A stretch of DNA of 64,000 bases from the human T2T-CHM13v2.0 reference genome, Homo sapiens: assembly GCF_009914755.1 (NCBI RefSeq), contig NC_060927.1, one strand, 5' to 3'. Position 1 is the stretch's first letter; every line of letters begins with the position of its first letter. The translations under genes and the position numbers were made by a program. Shown here piece after piece: positions 25,994 through 40,433 of this stretch. The notes beneath the pieces are model-generated. The model was given only the letters and a program-made list of their open reading frames with translations. It was not told where the DNA came from and made no database searches.

Positions 25994-26754
25994 TGAAACG
26001 GGAGAGTTCCCTGACCCCACTCCCCGCTTTGAAGGACATGCAACAGGAATGTGGCTCATCTGTTCAGTCACCATTCGCTGCTCAGACACATAAGGTCTAG
26101 GGGAGCACATAAGGGAGGGGGAGCACACAGATGGGCAGGTGCAGGAGCCAGGGTGAGCTCCTTGGGGCTCTGGCACTAGGGTTATGTGTCTGTGACTCCT
26201 GAAGCCCAAGTGGGCATGTGTTACAGTGGGCTCTTTCAGCCTTGCCGTCTGTGGACAGCTTAAGTGTTAACCAGCTCAGTGACCTCTTGGTACCCAGGTC
26301 CTTGTCTGGCGTCCAGGAACAATCAGGTCGCCCATGGACTTGAAGGATGAATGTGGGGGTTTTATTGAGTGGCGGAGTTGGCTCTCAGCAGGATGTATAG
26401 GGAGCTGGAAGGGGTATCAAGTGAGAAGATGATGGAGTTCGGCCATTCGGTGGGCAGTCTCCTCTCTGATTGTCCCTTGACATTCAGATGCTCCTTCTCT
26501 TCTCCCTGCCACGCCATTCTGCTGTTCTTCTGCTCTTCTATTCTATCCCTCTCGTCTGCTTCTGGAGCCTGGGGTCTGGGGTTTATATGGGTACAGGATA
26601 GCGGGATATGGCGGGCCAAAAGGCAACTTTTGGTCATGAAAACAGGAATGTCTGTTTTCACTTAGGGCCCAAGGGTCTCCAAATTTGAGGGTGGGGCCTT
26701 TGCCCGGGAACTGCCCGCTTCTAGCCAGTATTTCCCTGTCTCCTGTCCATATCA
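25994..26754 (-). mobile_element. Solo ERV1-class LTR (LTR27/LTR28/MER52 group)
   Basis: TG...CA termini and perfect 4-bp TSD tcag. Minus strand starts tgatatggacaggagacagggaaatactgg. Minus-strand TATA (catataaa, about 26582-26589) and AATAAA (26361-26366) are present. Confidence 0.88.
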
Positions 26755-28259
26755 TCAGGACCTTTGAATTGCTCCCAACACCCCAGTATATAGCAGTCTT
26801 ACTACCATCCACCCCCGGCAAGAACTCCCATACCAGCCTCACCCCTACTGGAAATCACTTGCTTATTATTTTTTTAACCTATTATTTAACAGTTTAACCC
26901 CGGTATCTGATAAACATAAGTTTATCATTTTCAGGCATCTCAGTCTTTTTCCATCTCTACTTGCTCATGTGAAATGAATATGAATCTCTCTCCCAGGAAA
27001 CTAGAACTTCTGGTTCTACCCTCACACCTCTCCTCTCAGGCTCTGGGATTTATCAGAATTGGGTCACAGAGCTCCGGAAATGCTGAGGGGAGCAAGGCTG
27101 ATCAAAGCCCTATTACTTGGAAGGGAGGAAGGAAAAAGAAGGAATTTTCTTTTGGTGCGAAAAGGGATATTTCCCAACCCAGTGCTATCCTTCTTCAAAA
27201 TTATGAGCTTGGGTAATAAAGGGAGAGCTTGTGTCATTTATCAACACTGGAGGTAGAGTGGGCTACTGTTAGTGTGGTACGTTACGTGGAGAGGTTTTCT
27301 TTCAAGAGTGCCCCCACCCCCAACAAAAGGGAACAGTTTATTGGCATATGGACTTTGTAGGAACAGGGGGAATGGGATTCTATTCCACAAGTAACTGCAG
27401 TGACATGCACTTTGATGATATGAAAGAGCCCATTTTCTAGGCTCATGTTTCTGAAAAGGAGCTAAAAGAAGAGGAGAGGGAGTTTAAGAATGTGATCATT
27501 TCCTTCCTGTCTGTGTGATTTTGTTTGAGGTTAGTGAGGAGAAGTGAGTCAGGCACCAGGTTCCCTCAAGAAATGCTTGAGATTCAAGTAATTTGGGGAC
27601 AATAGATTGTCAAGGGCATCATTCTCTGGGAACAATGGGAGAATTAAGAAGCTCACAAACCTGTGAAATATCTTAGGTTGGGCTGCCGTGGAAAACCTCA
27701 CATGAACTAATTTTTTTTTTAACCTAGTTAAAAAAAAATGAAGAAAATAACCCAACTAGAAAGCTTTCTCCCAAGAGAAGTTGACTGAGAAAATCAGGTC
27801 TCCTGGGGATTTTGTGAGAGTTATATGCAGAGGATGTGGATTGGGGGGGTGAGGAATTCCTATCACAAGTGAGTGCAAGATCTGATAGCTCAGAATTGCT
27901 GAGATGGTGACAGATACAAAGCTCTTTCCTGAAAAAATGGGCCAAGCATATGATATATCAGCTGTACAGAGAAAATGCATGGCCTTTATTATCCAAGAAA
28001 GCTAGGGAGGATAATGGTTTCTATTGTGTTAAATTGTCAAAGTAGGCACGATCTTCCACTGAACGGGCCTTCTCTGAATTTGACCACAACCACAGAACCA
28101 TCCTTAAATACGGCAAATTCATGTGTCATTCTACTAGGTTTGTTTGAATTATCATAGTGCTCGTTGCTGACTCTTTAAGACATGGGAATATTAAAATGTT
28201 TTCTGATATTTTTAGAGCCAAAGAGAGAGCAGGATCTAGATGCAGTCCTATTTGTGTGT

Positions 28260-29990
28260 TTAACTTATTATTGGAGAGCTACACGTACATAAAAGTGCAG
28301 TACCCGTAATACGTGCACAGCTTGATGAATTTTCACAACCTGAGCACACCTGAGTAACAAGCACCTAGATCAAGAAACTCCCGTCTAGGATCTCAGGACT
28401 CCCCCATCATCCCCCTTCCTAATCACTCTGTGTTCCCAAGGGTAACCACTTCCAGAAATTCACTTAGCCTGTTTAATAAATTGCATAAAGTTAGAATCAT
28501 TCAGTATGTCCTCTTTTGTGTCTTGCTTCTTTTGCTCTACAGTGATTTTAAGCATCCTCTCTGTTGTGGCCTGTAGTTGTAGTTTGTTCTTCTGTATTGC
28601 TAAAGCCCATTGTGTGATTATACCTGAATATATTTATCCATTTCAGTATACATGCATATGTAGATTATTTTCAAGTCTGGGTGATTACGAAAACTCTTGA
28701 ACCTGCCTTTTAATGAATATGTGGATATATCTCTATTGGGCATACACCCAGGAGTAAAATGGCAGCATCCTAGAGTACACATATTTTCAGGTTTGGTTAG
28801 AGACTGCCAAATGGCTTCCCAAAGTGACTGTATGTGCCACTTTACACTTTTGCCAGCAGTTTAGGAAATTTTCCTATTTTTACAGCATTTTTTTAAAGGC
28901 ATAATTTACATACCATAATATACAGCTATGGTAAATGTATAATTTGATAATTTTAGCAAATTTATACTTGCGCAGCCATCACTGCAGTCCAGTTTTAGAA
29001 TATTTTCATCGCCACAGAAAGTTCCTTCCTGCCCATTTGCAGTCAGTTATTTCTCCTGCCCTCAACCCCAGGCAACCTCAGGTCTGGTTTTGTCTTTCAC
29101 TTGGTGTTAATGATTTTAACATTTACCCATGTTTGGCATGTATCAGTAGGTCATTTTTTTTTTATTGCTGAATAGTGTCCCTATTTTTTTTTAATAACAG
29201 CTTTATTGAGATTTAATTCACATACCATGAAATTCATTCTTTTAACGTGTACACATCAGTGTTTTTTACTGTAGTCACAAAGTCATGCACCCATTGCCAC
29301 CATTTATTTCTGGAACATTTTCATCACCCCAAAAAGAAACTCCATCTGTAGCAATCACTCCCATTCTCCTTCCCTTCGTCTGCCCTGTATGTCCCTCCCT
29401 CCCTTCCTCCAGGGCTAGGCAACCACTAACGTACCTTTTGTCTCTATGAATTTGTCTATTCTGCACATTTTATGCAAGTGGATCATATATGACTTTTTTG
29501 ACTTAGCATAATACTTTCAAAGTTCATCTGTATTGGGGGCTGTGTATCAGAATTTAATTATATTTTGTGGCCAAGTAATATACCACATAATATGTGGAGG
29601 TGCCATGTTTTGTTTATCCATTTATCAGTTAATGGACATTGAGTTTTTTCCACCTGTTGGCTGTTATGAATAATGCTTTTGTGAGCATCCATGTCCAAGT
29701 TTTTGTGTAAATATACATTTTCAAGTCTTTTAGATGTAAACCTAGGAATAGCATTGCTGGGTCATATGGTAACTTTCTGTTTACAGTTTTGAGGAACTAT
29801 CAAACTATTTTCCAAAGTGGTGGCATCAGTTTACATTCCCATCAACAGTGTATGAGGGTTTCAATTTCTCCATATCCTCACCAACACTTGTTATTGTGCA
29901 TCTCTTTTATTTTCACCAACCTAGTGAATATGAGGTTGCATCAGTTTATAGTTCTGATTTCCATCTCCTTAATGACTGATGATCTCCCTG
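28260..29990 (-). mobile_element. Cluster of nested old L1M (L1MB/L1ME-type) 3' fragments
   Basis: cagctttattgagat...catacc; ccatttatcagttaatggacatt; attgctgggtcatatggtaact; ttacattcccatcaacagtgtatgagggtt. Confidence 0.85.
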
Positions 29991-30409
29991 TTTGTTTTTA
30001 AATGCACATGTCATGGAACCACAGCCCACATGACCAAATGTTCCTCCTTTTTTTTCCCTACGAAGACTCAGGTAACTCAGCGCCACTATAGGCCAAAAGA
30101 TGCTGACACATCATCAAACAGCCTGGAGGGCTTAGATTATTGACCTTAGAGATGTAAGCAGGAAAGAGCCAAAGCATGGAACAAGTCCTTTTCCTTCCTC
30201 TACTCTTCTGCGAAAAAAAGTTTTAAAAAGAGAATGAGTGGTATTCTGTAATCTTCAGGTAATTCAAAACGAGCAAAGCCTGCCTGATTGGTATTCTCTA
30301 TCTGATAATTATTGGAAGCTTTCAATGCCCAGGAAAGCTATGATGTTTTATGCATTCATCGGGCTGTTGTCACAGAAGAAGGAAAAATAAATTAATTACA
30401 TAAGGCAGG

Positions 30410-30953
30410 AGTCATTTAACTTTTTTGGTTAAGGGCCAGATAGTAAATGTTTTTGGCTTTGTTGGCCATATGGTCTCTGTTGAATCCTGGGTACTTGTGG
30501 GACATTGGTTCCAGGACCCCTACGGACACCAGTATCCTTGGATGCTCAAGTCCCTTATATAAAATGGTGTTGTATTTGCACATAACCTGAACACATCCTC
30601 CAGTATACTTTAAAATATTTCTAGAGTACTTATAATATTAATACAATGTAAATGCCATGTAAATAGTTGTTATACTCTACTGATTTTTGTTTGTACTGTT
30701 TTTTATTGTTATATTGCTATTTTTTATTGTTTTTTTTTCCTTCCAAATATTTTTGGTCTGTGGTTGGTTGAATCCATGCATGCAGAACCCATGGATATAA
30801 GTGCCGACTGTACTCAATTCTACCAGTATAGCAGGAAGGCACCTGCAGATGATATGTAAATGAGCATAGAAAATGTCTTGCGGTAAAGTTTTATTTCCAA
30901 AAAAAGATGGCAGACCAGAGTTGGCCTTGGGACTGTAGTTTACTGACCCCCAC
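30410..30953 (+). mobile_element. MER58A split by a MER2 (Tigger-derived MITE, about 30488-30812)
   Basis: MER58A left part (aagggccagatagtaaat) and right part (ctcaattct...tagtttactgacccc) flank MER2 (ttggttccaggacccc...gatgctcaagtcccttatataaaatgg...gaacccatggata...gactgta). Confidence 0.8.
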
Positions 30954-32812
30954 TCTATGGAGTAGCTTAAACTGAGTTGGAGAACCCTAAATGGGGAAAT
31001 CATAGGCTTGTTGTAAGATACATATTTTCTGTCTTCAAGGTGGTAATGGCCATGACTGTGAATGTGTTGGATCTGTGTTTCCATTCCACTGAAAGACCCT
31101 AGGACCAACCAGAGATTCATTAACTTGGTAACCACCCACTTACACTTCACTTTAACACCCGGTCATCTTTCACATCAGAGGGGTAACCAGAGCCTCAGTT
31201 GACTGAATATAGCTCCCCGCCTCCTCTGTTCCCTGGTTATGATCGTGAACTTGAGGCAGCCAGTGGTGGGGGCCTGTGTTCATGCACCCATATTTTATCA
31301 GGATGATTGGACGTCCTGGAATAGAGAATACAGAATCCAGCCTTTCGGTGCCAAGCACAAGAGGCAGGGCCCCTTAAGAAAGAAGTGGGGGAAAAGTCAT
31401 CTTAATATTGTATTGTTGCTGAAGAAAGACTTCTATATGGATGTCATCCATAAAAAATAATAAAGCTCTAGTTGCAGTAAATGGAAACAATATTTAGGCT
31501 TATTGGATTGTTCAAGGGACATCCGATTTGCCACTCTGCCCTTTGTCGGCAAATAACTTAGACAGACTTTAGGATTTAATGGGCTGTCATTTCAGTTATT
31601 CTGCAGCATATCCCGGGTACATGGGAGAGCATTCAGTGATTAAGTGCTGAATACTGTCTATTGTGAAGACTTTTGGAACAGGGAACAGAGAAAAATAACT
31701 TTCCTTCCAACAACATGAAACATATGGTTTATTAATTTAACCAAACCTGTTCAAACCGCAGTGGAATCAAAACCACTTGATCTGATAATTTGATTTGATG
31801 GCTTAATTAAAATGACACTGTATAATGTAATAAAAGCAAAGGAAATGGAGAGGACACCGGGCTGCCTGCATACCCTCTAGGCTCCTAAGCCGATGTCGTG
31901 TTTTTTTGGTGAGTGTTTTTTGCCTCTGCTGATGGAGGGATCTCTTTTTTAGCTATGTTTTCAATTCTAAACATTGCTTCCTGTTTTGGTTAAAAGCACT
32001 TTTAAAGGACATGTACCACCGTGCAAGGATGCCTGAGTAAGTAGCCTATTTAAAATCAGTACATTGAGAAAGAGGGTCACATTTTCTATCCAAATTAGCA
32101 AACAAAGAAGTAAATCCATGACTGGTTTAAAAAAGAGTTTGACATTGAAATCATGGTTTTCTGCTATTTTGGGAGAAAATATTAATGTTGTTCTATTTTC
32201 AGTTTAATCATTTCTACTCACCAGATTAATGAGCTTGAATTACTTATCTTATTAAAAGAAGCTCTGATATGAACACTTAATGCCTTTGCAGGCAGCTGCC
32301 CTCCTAGAAACTCTTGCAGAAAGTTACCTTGTTACTGCCAGAAACTTTTAGCATAGGAAAGTATTAAGAAAAACAAACTTTTCATGCAGCCCCCATGGAG
32401 AGTTTTTAACCCCCTTCTTTCAAAAATAACTTTGATTTGTCATTCTTTTTTTAACCTGGAGTGTTTAAGAAAGAAGACAAAAAAAACAGGTCTGTTTCAA
32501 GACCCTTGGAACATCCTAGGCTCTCATACTTCTGAAGGTCCTGCCATATTATATCCAACATTTTTAAATGCTCAGACATTTCATGATTACTCTAAGTTTA
32601 TGTAAATATATGAGTTGGTGTTAAGTTGCATTTGATAGGTTGACATAATGTTGATATTTTATAGACTTTTAATGTAGCATTAAATATTTTGTATCAATTG
32701 TTGTAGCTAGTAAATTTCTTTTCATATGTCAGACATTTTTTCTAGCTTTGAAAAGCTTATTGACTCTAGGAGTGGTGCCTGAAACACCTGTGGTCAGAAA
32801 GGCTAGCAAGAG

Positions 32813-32946
32813 AGCCGAGTGCCGTGGCACGCGCCAGTAGTCCCAGCTTCTTGGGAGGTAGAGGTGAGCAGTTCGCTTGAGCCCAGGAGTTTGAGGCCAT
32901 CCTGGGCAACATAGTAAGCCTACGTCTCTTAAAAAGAAAAGAAAAA
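32813..32946 (+). mobile_element. FLAM (free left Alu monomer)
   Basis: Single monomer of about 120 nt plus A tail; degenerate TSD agaaag.ct...aagag. Confidence 0.85.
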
Positions 32947-33049
32947 GAAAGTCTGGGAAGAGGTTTTTGTGTGCCAGATGCTGTGCTATTGTTTCCTATT
33001 CATAGTTGTTTTATTTAATCCTCAAAACAACCTCTGCCAGGATTTGCTT

Positions 33050-33760
33050 TTCATTCATTAAATATTTATTGACCATCTACTATAAAAAAGTTCTAGGTAC
33101 TAGAAATAAAGTTGAACAAGGGATGGTCCCTCATCATGGAGTTTACATTCTAGAAAGGAGAAATAAATAAACAAGTCCACTGATGATGGGCTTCAATGTT
33201 GTCCCAAAGGGAATCAAATCAAGTCGTGTGCTAAGAGCGGTAGAGTGTGGTGAGGTGGTGGGGAGGAGCCCTTCTAGGGATAAGGCAAGTGAGGACAGGG
33301 AGCCAGCCCCACAGAGATCTGGAGAAGAAGGTCATTTGCAAGGGCCCTGAGGCATGGGATCCAACCTAGAGCGAGGTAAACAAAGGGGGAAGCAAGATCA
33401 GAGAGAAGAGCTGGAGAAGCAGGCAAGAGCAACTCTGGCAAAGACTTCTCTTGGTAAAGAGTTAAGACTGTTAGGAGTTAAGATCTTCTAGCAGTGGGAA
33501 GCCTCTGGAGGGTTTTAAAGAGGACTCTGGAATAATCACAACGTCTATAAACTTATTGTTCTGGCTGTTATGTGGCGAATGCTTGCAGAGGACTTGCACT
33601 GGAGTCTGCAGGACCCTGCAAGAGGCTGATGGAAATATCGCAGGTTGGATGAGGATGATCATAGTAAAAGTATAAGTGATCATTAGGGGTGGACTTTGGA
33701 GGAGAGCTTTGGAGATTTACTAACAGTTTGGATGGAGGGGTGGGTAGGGTGAGCAAAGTG
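33050..33760 (-). mobile_element. L2 LINE fragment
   Basis: cattcattaaatatttattgaccatctacta...catggagtttacattctag...cagtgggaagcctctggagggtttta. Confidence 0.75.
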
Positions 33761-34423
33761 AGAAATGGAGTATTATTGTTTCTCTTTAACAAGTGAGGTG
33801 TCTAACGTTCAGAGAGGGTAAGTGAATCATCCAAAGCCTCTCAGCCAGGAAGTGGTAGAGCTCAGACGTGAACCAAGATCCTCTTATGTCCAAACGCAAT
33901 ATTTCCATCATCCAAGGGACCGCCATCTTCCACAAGAACTTGCAAGTGGTGCCTCTGTGTTTTGGATGTCATCGGGTGACTTGAACAACACAGTTTAGTA
34001 CTCCTTCCCTGAATGAAGGAGCTTTAAAAGGAAACATACTTGTGGGAATGAGGTGCTCTTACCTTCCTAAAAGTCATCACTGGGCTCAGTCTTTATCTGC
34101 TTGGCTTTTATCTATTTTGTCAGGTTATCTTGGGTGCTCAGGGCATAGGGTATTGGTCACAGGGTTAGTCCTGAGAGTCCTGCACCCACTTGATCTGTAC
34201 CGTGGGGCCATTTAGGCAGAAGATCTTGTGCATCCTTGGATGAGGAGGGCCTAACACAGTACCTGGTACATAGTAGGTGCACAGTCATTGCTAAGTGAAC
34301 GAATGAATAAATAATAAGACAGGATAAGGCAGTGTTAGAATACAGACTTGGGATTCAAGCATACCTAGACTGAAATCCTAGGAACGATTCACTCCTTTGT
34401 GACCTTGCTCAAGCTAATATCTA

Positions 34424-34780
<357 letters not shown>

Positions 34781-35059
34781 TAAAATAGAGATAATAATCA
34801 TACACTCTCTTCCTCAGCCAGTGGCCTTTCAAATAAGACTTATAGTACAGGATCTTGGATATGGAAATTACTCTGCAAATAATTGTATCTTCTTATCTGT
34901 AGGTCAGCAATAGCTTCTTTGTATGCCCAGGACAACCTGTTATATGTGACATGATCATTGGAGAACGTATTTCAGAATAAGGGTGCCATGCCCTCTTCCT
35001 GTTAGAAGTGTGAAGCCAGGCTGTTCGAACTTGTCAAAACCTTTCTGATGAAATGTATA

Positions 35060-35504
35060 ATCCTTAAGGTGGTCCACACATCAAGTCCTGTCCCCCTCTC
35101 CAGCCCCGTCTTGTACTTTCCTTCCCTTGGCATCCTACACTTCAGTCCAGCAGCCATTCTGCAGTCCCAGCAGGCTGTTCCCTCTACCTGGAAGGCCCTT
35201 GTCCCACCTCTGTACCTAACTGACCCCTCCTCAGCCTTCATAACTCAGCGCAAGGGTCCCTTCCCCAAGGAAGTTTCCTGACTGCCTTGACCCAGCCACT
35301 TGTTTCAGGGCACCAGTACCTTTCCCTTATAGTACTTACCAAAGTTGAATTTTTACATCTGATTATGCGATATGTGATTTTTCCCCCTAATATCCAGCTC
35401 TCCCACTACCCCATAAGTTCTGTGAGGGGTGAGACTTTTCCTTTTCTCTGTTTTTATTGGAGAGAGGGTGCTATGGTAACTGTTGACTCCTCAGTAAATA
35501 CTGG
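35060..35504 (+). mobile_element. L2 LINE 3' fragment
   Basis: gctgttccctctacctggaa...tcctcagccttca...tttcctgact...ataagttctgtgaggg...ctcagtaaata. Confidence 0.65.
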
Positions 35505-35783
35505 ATTGGATGGGTTGTTGGGTGGGTGGGTGGGTGGATGGATGGATGGATGAAAATGTGAATCCATGGATGGATAAGAGGATGGATGGATGTGTGGATC
35601 CACAAATGGATGGGAGGATGGATGGATGGATGGATGGATGGATGGATGGATGGATGGATGGATGCACATGTGGATCCATGGATGGATGGGAGGATGGATG
35701 GATGCATGGATAAATGCATGGATCCATGGATGTATGGGAGGATGGAGGGATGGATGGGAGGATGGAGGGATGCATGGATGGAT
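35505..35783. repeat. Complex (GGAT)n/(GGGT)n microsatellite
   Basis: About 280 bp of TGGA-based repeat. Source of the WMDG/HPSI spurious ORFs. Confidence 0.97.
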
Positions 35784-38700
35784 TAAGCTAACATATACAT
35801 ATCAGGTGGCCAGGAATAAAAAATTCTTACCAAAAGAGTTTGCACAATTGGGACATGTATGATGTAGCCCAGGCTGGGTGCTCCTACTGGGGAGCATTGC
35901 CAGGCATCTGAAGTAGGATGTCATGCCAGTACTACTTCCTGAAATCAGAGAGGCTCCTGGGATTGGGGAAGCCACCTTTTACTCTGACCAAAAGCCACCT
36001 TGGATGGAAGCGTACATTTCAACAAAACATGGAGCGAGGGCTTTTCTGTCTGCCTCAAGGAACAGCCTAAAAGCAGAGAATGGAGTCACTTAAAGTGTCA
36101 GGCACTCGTGTCAGGATGCTCTCAGGCAGAATCGGCTGTTATGGCTTGGGAGCGTTTGAGCTGATACTGGTAGCAGACTCCAGGGGCCATCTAGTGTTTT
36201 CACACTTTACCTAATTACTTAATCCTCTCCATCTCTAGGCAGGTAGACAGAGTTTGATCTTCAAGGCCAACTTAGCAACCCTACTCTGGCTTTCTTTGCT
36301 CACTAGAAAAATCTTCTCTGACATTGGGTTTACTTGTGTGGGCACCATGGTGCTTGTGAACAGCAATCTGGAAATTAATAAAGGCCAACAGCTTCCTTAC
36401 TCCCAGAGCAGCACACTTCCCCTTTTTCACTAACTAGCATTCACAGCCTATGAAACATGAGGCTGCGAGACATTGGTGTGCCTCTCATTGGAGCCATAGG
36501 AGGTATCTAGCTGGGAGACATCTTCCCCATTCATCCCACTCATTATTCCTCAAACAAACACGGGTTGGTTGAAGCTGTTTTTCTTCAGGTATCTGTCCAG
36601 GAATATGGACAGAACCCTTCTTTCCTAGGGCATAAGAAACAGTCTCATCTCCCTGCCCCTGAAGCCTGAAAATCAAAGAACAACTGTTAAGACCCAGAAG
36701 AGGGAGCCCCATGTGGTGTCCTCTTGAGTCAGGCTTTTCTTATTCCTTCTCAGCACAGCCAGTGGTTGTTACGGTTGCTGGCTTCACTCCTGGGCAACTC
36801 TCTTGACTGGTTTTGTGATTCCTAAGCACTGGCTGGGACCGAAATAAGTATCTTGGCTGTCACATTTCAAATCTCTGCCTGTGCTGAGAAGGCGCTGCCT
36901 GTATGTCTGAGACTAAATGCTGTCAGGTATTATCAGGTGCACAGAGCTATGCAATTCTTTGCTTCCGGGCTGGCACCAGGAAAGGCTTGCCAGAAGAGAA
37001 GAGCCTTCTCGCTGAGGAGTGTGCTGACTGTTGAAAACTTGGTTTTCACCCACCAGCTGCTCTTCAGAGCGTATGGACCTATTTGCCAGGGGCAGCCAAG
37101 AGACTCAAGTGGCTCAGTCCCTGCCATGTGCTGAATTGATGATTCCACTTGGGCCCACTCTCGGGCAGTGCCTGCCCATAGCCTGGTCTCTCCATCAACT
37201 GACAGTCTCCCTGTTTCCTTCTTGGGTCCCTTTGACCAAGTCTTGACCTGAGGGCAGTACCAGGTGTGGGAGGCCCTGAAACCATACCAGATAGGGCCAT
37301 CCTTACCAAATGATCAGTTGGTTCAGACGCCACATCTGGGGATTGAAATGAGGTTGGAACCCAAACATTGGAGTTCATCCTACCACTCCACCCACACTCA
37401 GCCAGAGCAGAGAACAAGTAGGAGTAGCAAGTGGCCAGGAAGTAGCAGAGATGCAGAGTTAACAGGTAAATGCCATGCGTGAGCCAGGACACTACTTTTA
37501 AGCATAGTAGGTACCAAGCCGAGCAGACTACCTGTTTCCAAGAGAAATTATTTTAAGGCTCAGATGGAAAACAAATGAGGGCACCTTAACCATTTGCATC
37601 ATAATAATCTAGACTCAAGTATTTCTATAAAATCCCAGCTAAAGCCATCTGTGTGGGTCACTGGTTGATTTCCTGACGTGGCTGTTGGGATCACTAATAA
37701 AAACAGCTCATGGGATCTTAGATCTTGGATGGTGTTTGGATACCAGTCTTGTGTTGCTAAGGGCAGCTTTAGAGCTCTATTTTAGGTGACCCGCTGTTTC
37801 TTCATAGTAAAGGGGACTACAACATTGTCTCAGCAGTGGGAAGCAGGAGAAAAACATCGTTATGAAAGAAGGACACTGGGCATTTACCCACCCTAGCTCC
37901 GCAGCCAGGTCTGTGGTTCAGACACTCAGTTGGAGCCCTTCACTAGGGCAAGACATGGGGAGAAGGTGGAAGGTCAGAAGCACCACGAGGGAAGGATGCT
38001 GTGCTCAATTAAAGTGGGATAGGTCCGCTTTGCTCTCTTAGCAGGAAATCACAGCATCATAAAGTTGAAAGGGAGAGAATGTACCCCAGGGTACATGGAA
38101 TCCAGCCTTCCACCCAGCGTCCAAGATGCACGCAGCTGTTATCAAGTGAGGCTGGGAAGATGCATCATCCTGAACTTTGTCACCTCCCTTAGCGCTGAGC
38201 TGAACAATGCTCTTTCCTGCACAGGACATGGACACCTCCCATGGCCTTTAGCTCTCAGAGGAAGAGGGATATCATGTAGAAAAAAGAATCCAAGGAGGTA
38301 AGAGAGGTCAGGGAGAGCATAATGTGGGAAGTCGAAACCAGTGCTTGAACTGGAGAATTGAATTTCTGCCTCTGCTTTCCCAGATACTGCCTATTTCTGT
38401 TTTCTGAGCATGTAGCTCTGTTACATGCACAGCAGAGACAGCCAACAGGATAAGAAACAGTTTTCAAATTTGCTTTCTTCCATGGTAATTGCAACACAGA
38501 GCATCTAATACTCATTTGTTTGCTGAGAAACTGAATTGTAATTCAGGGCTTGTTCATGGAAAGGGAGATGTCATTGTACTGTGTAGAAGAAAAGTCCGCA
38601 GGTAACAGGTGGCATCAGTGAAGACACCATGGATTTAAAACTTGAAAGCAGTTGTCCTAGCACTTAGGAGAATCTGGGGGCAACTCCGCACCAGGGTCCC

Positions 38701-39094
38701 ACATCGGAAGAAGGTGGCGGGCTAGCCAGCAAATTCTGGCCTCGGCAGCCAGATCCACCCCGGGATAAACCCCAGCTCCAGTGCTTCCTAGCTTTGAGAC
38801 CTAATCTTGGGCCACTCTCCTCCTCATTCCCTGCTCACAGTCACACTAGTTTCCTTCCCAGTTTTCTCATCACAGGGCCTTTGTACACACTTTTTTTTTC
38901 TGTCTGACATACCCAAGCCTCCTTTTTTCCTCTTTCCTCTATAAACACCTACTCATTGTTGAGATTTCAGTTCAAACTATGCTCAGTAAGTTTTCTAAGC
39001 AACTCCCCAAGTTTAGGTCAGGGTTCCTTATTAAACCTTTATACAGAACTACTATAACATTTTCCTTAAAAAGCGTGTAATTATATATGCCTTA

Positions 39095-39980
39095 GTGCTA
39101 GATGGGTTTAACCATTTTGGTGCCATGGACTCCTTTAGCTTATCTTCTCATATTGATGGTTTTAGATGCTTAAAATAAAATATAATAGATTACAGAGGAA
39201 GCCAGTTATCCTCAGATATTTTCGAAATATCTTTAAAATTGTACTAACTTACCTGCTTCTTGATGAGGGCATTAAATTACAAGATCCAGCTGCAGATCTA
39301 AAAATCATTATAATGTTGATATAATGATGAACATGAAGGAAATTTTGAAATGCAACTGAGTCCTGAACACCATGGAGATTGGAGTGTCCACACAATCAAA
39401 TATCCAGTATAAATTTTGACTCTCCAAAAAGTTAATACTTAAGCCTTACCAGTAACATACACAGTCAATTAACACATATTTTGTATGTAATATGTATTAT
39501 ATGCTATATTCTCACAATAAAGTACTCTAGAGGAAAGAAAATGTTATTTTGAATATTATAAGGAAGAGAAAATGTATTTACTGTTCATTAAATGGGAGTG
39601 GATCATCACAAGGGTCTTCATCCTTGTCATTTTCTTGTTGAGTAGGCTGAGGAGGAGAAAGAAGAGGAGGAGTTCGTTGCCCTGTCTCAGGGGTGGAAAT
39701 TCACTTATAAATTGACCCATGCAGTTCGAACCTGTGTTGTTCAAGGGTCACCTGTATTGGTAATCACTGTAATCTAACAGGAATAGCTTTGTGATATCTT
39801 TTGGTGATTATCACACAAGTCTCGTAACACTACTGTAGTTTGTTGCCAACATTTAAAATGTAAGGAAATGCTACATTTTTGTTAGAGATTAGTGAACATA
39901 AAAGTGGACTTTTTTGCTATCTAAGTTCACAAACTTCTGTGAATTCTATGCAGATCTCCTAAGGACACTCAAAACCTCTG
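39095..39980. mobile_element. MER119/Charlie-like hAT relic split by Tigger2a/MER28 (about 39353-39756), all inside an L2
   Basis: Tigger2 TIR gttgttcaagggtcacctgta. Host shows actactgtagtttgttgcc...ggaaatgctacatt...gttagagattagtgaa. L2 sequence flanks at about 38810-39090 and 39990-40125. Confidence 0.7.
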
Positions 39981-40121
39981 TTTTACGGAGATTCTGTTGT
40001 TGATGTGTGTTCTCCCACTGGGCTGTCATCTCCAGGGGGTCAGGAGCATGACAACATGTGTTCACCTTTATCCATAGTTCCTGGTCAAGGGCCTGACATA
40101 TGGCCGGTGCCGAATAAATAG

Positions 40122-40433
<312 letters not shown>

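Noticed and set aside
35454-35862. Cluster of overlapping ORFs (WMDG/HPSI repeats)
   Set aside because: Translation of the (GGAT)n microsatellite.
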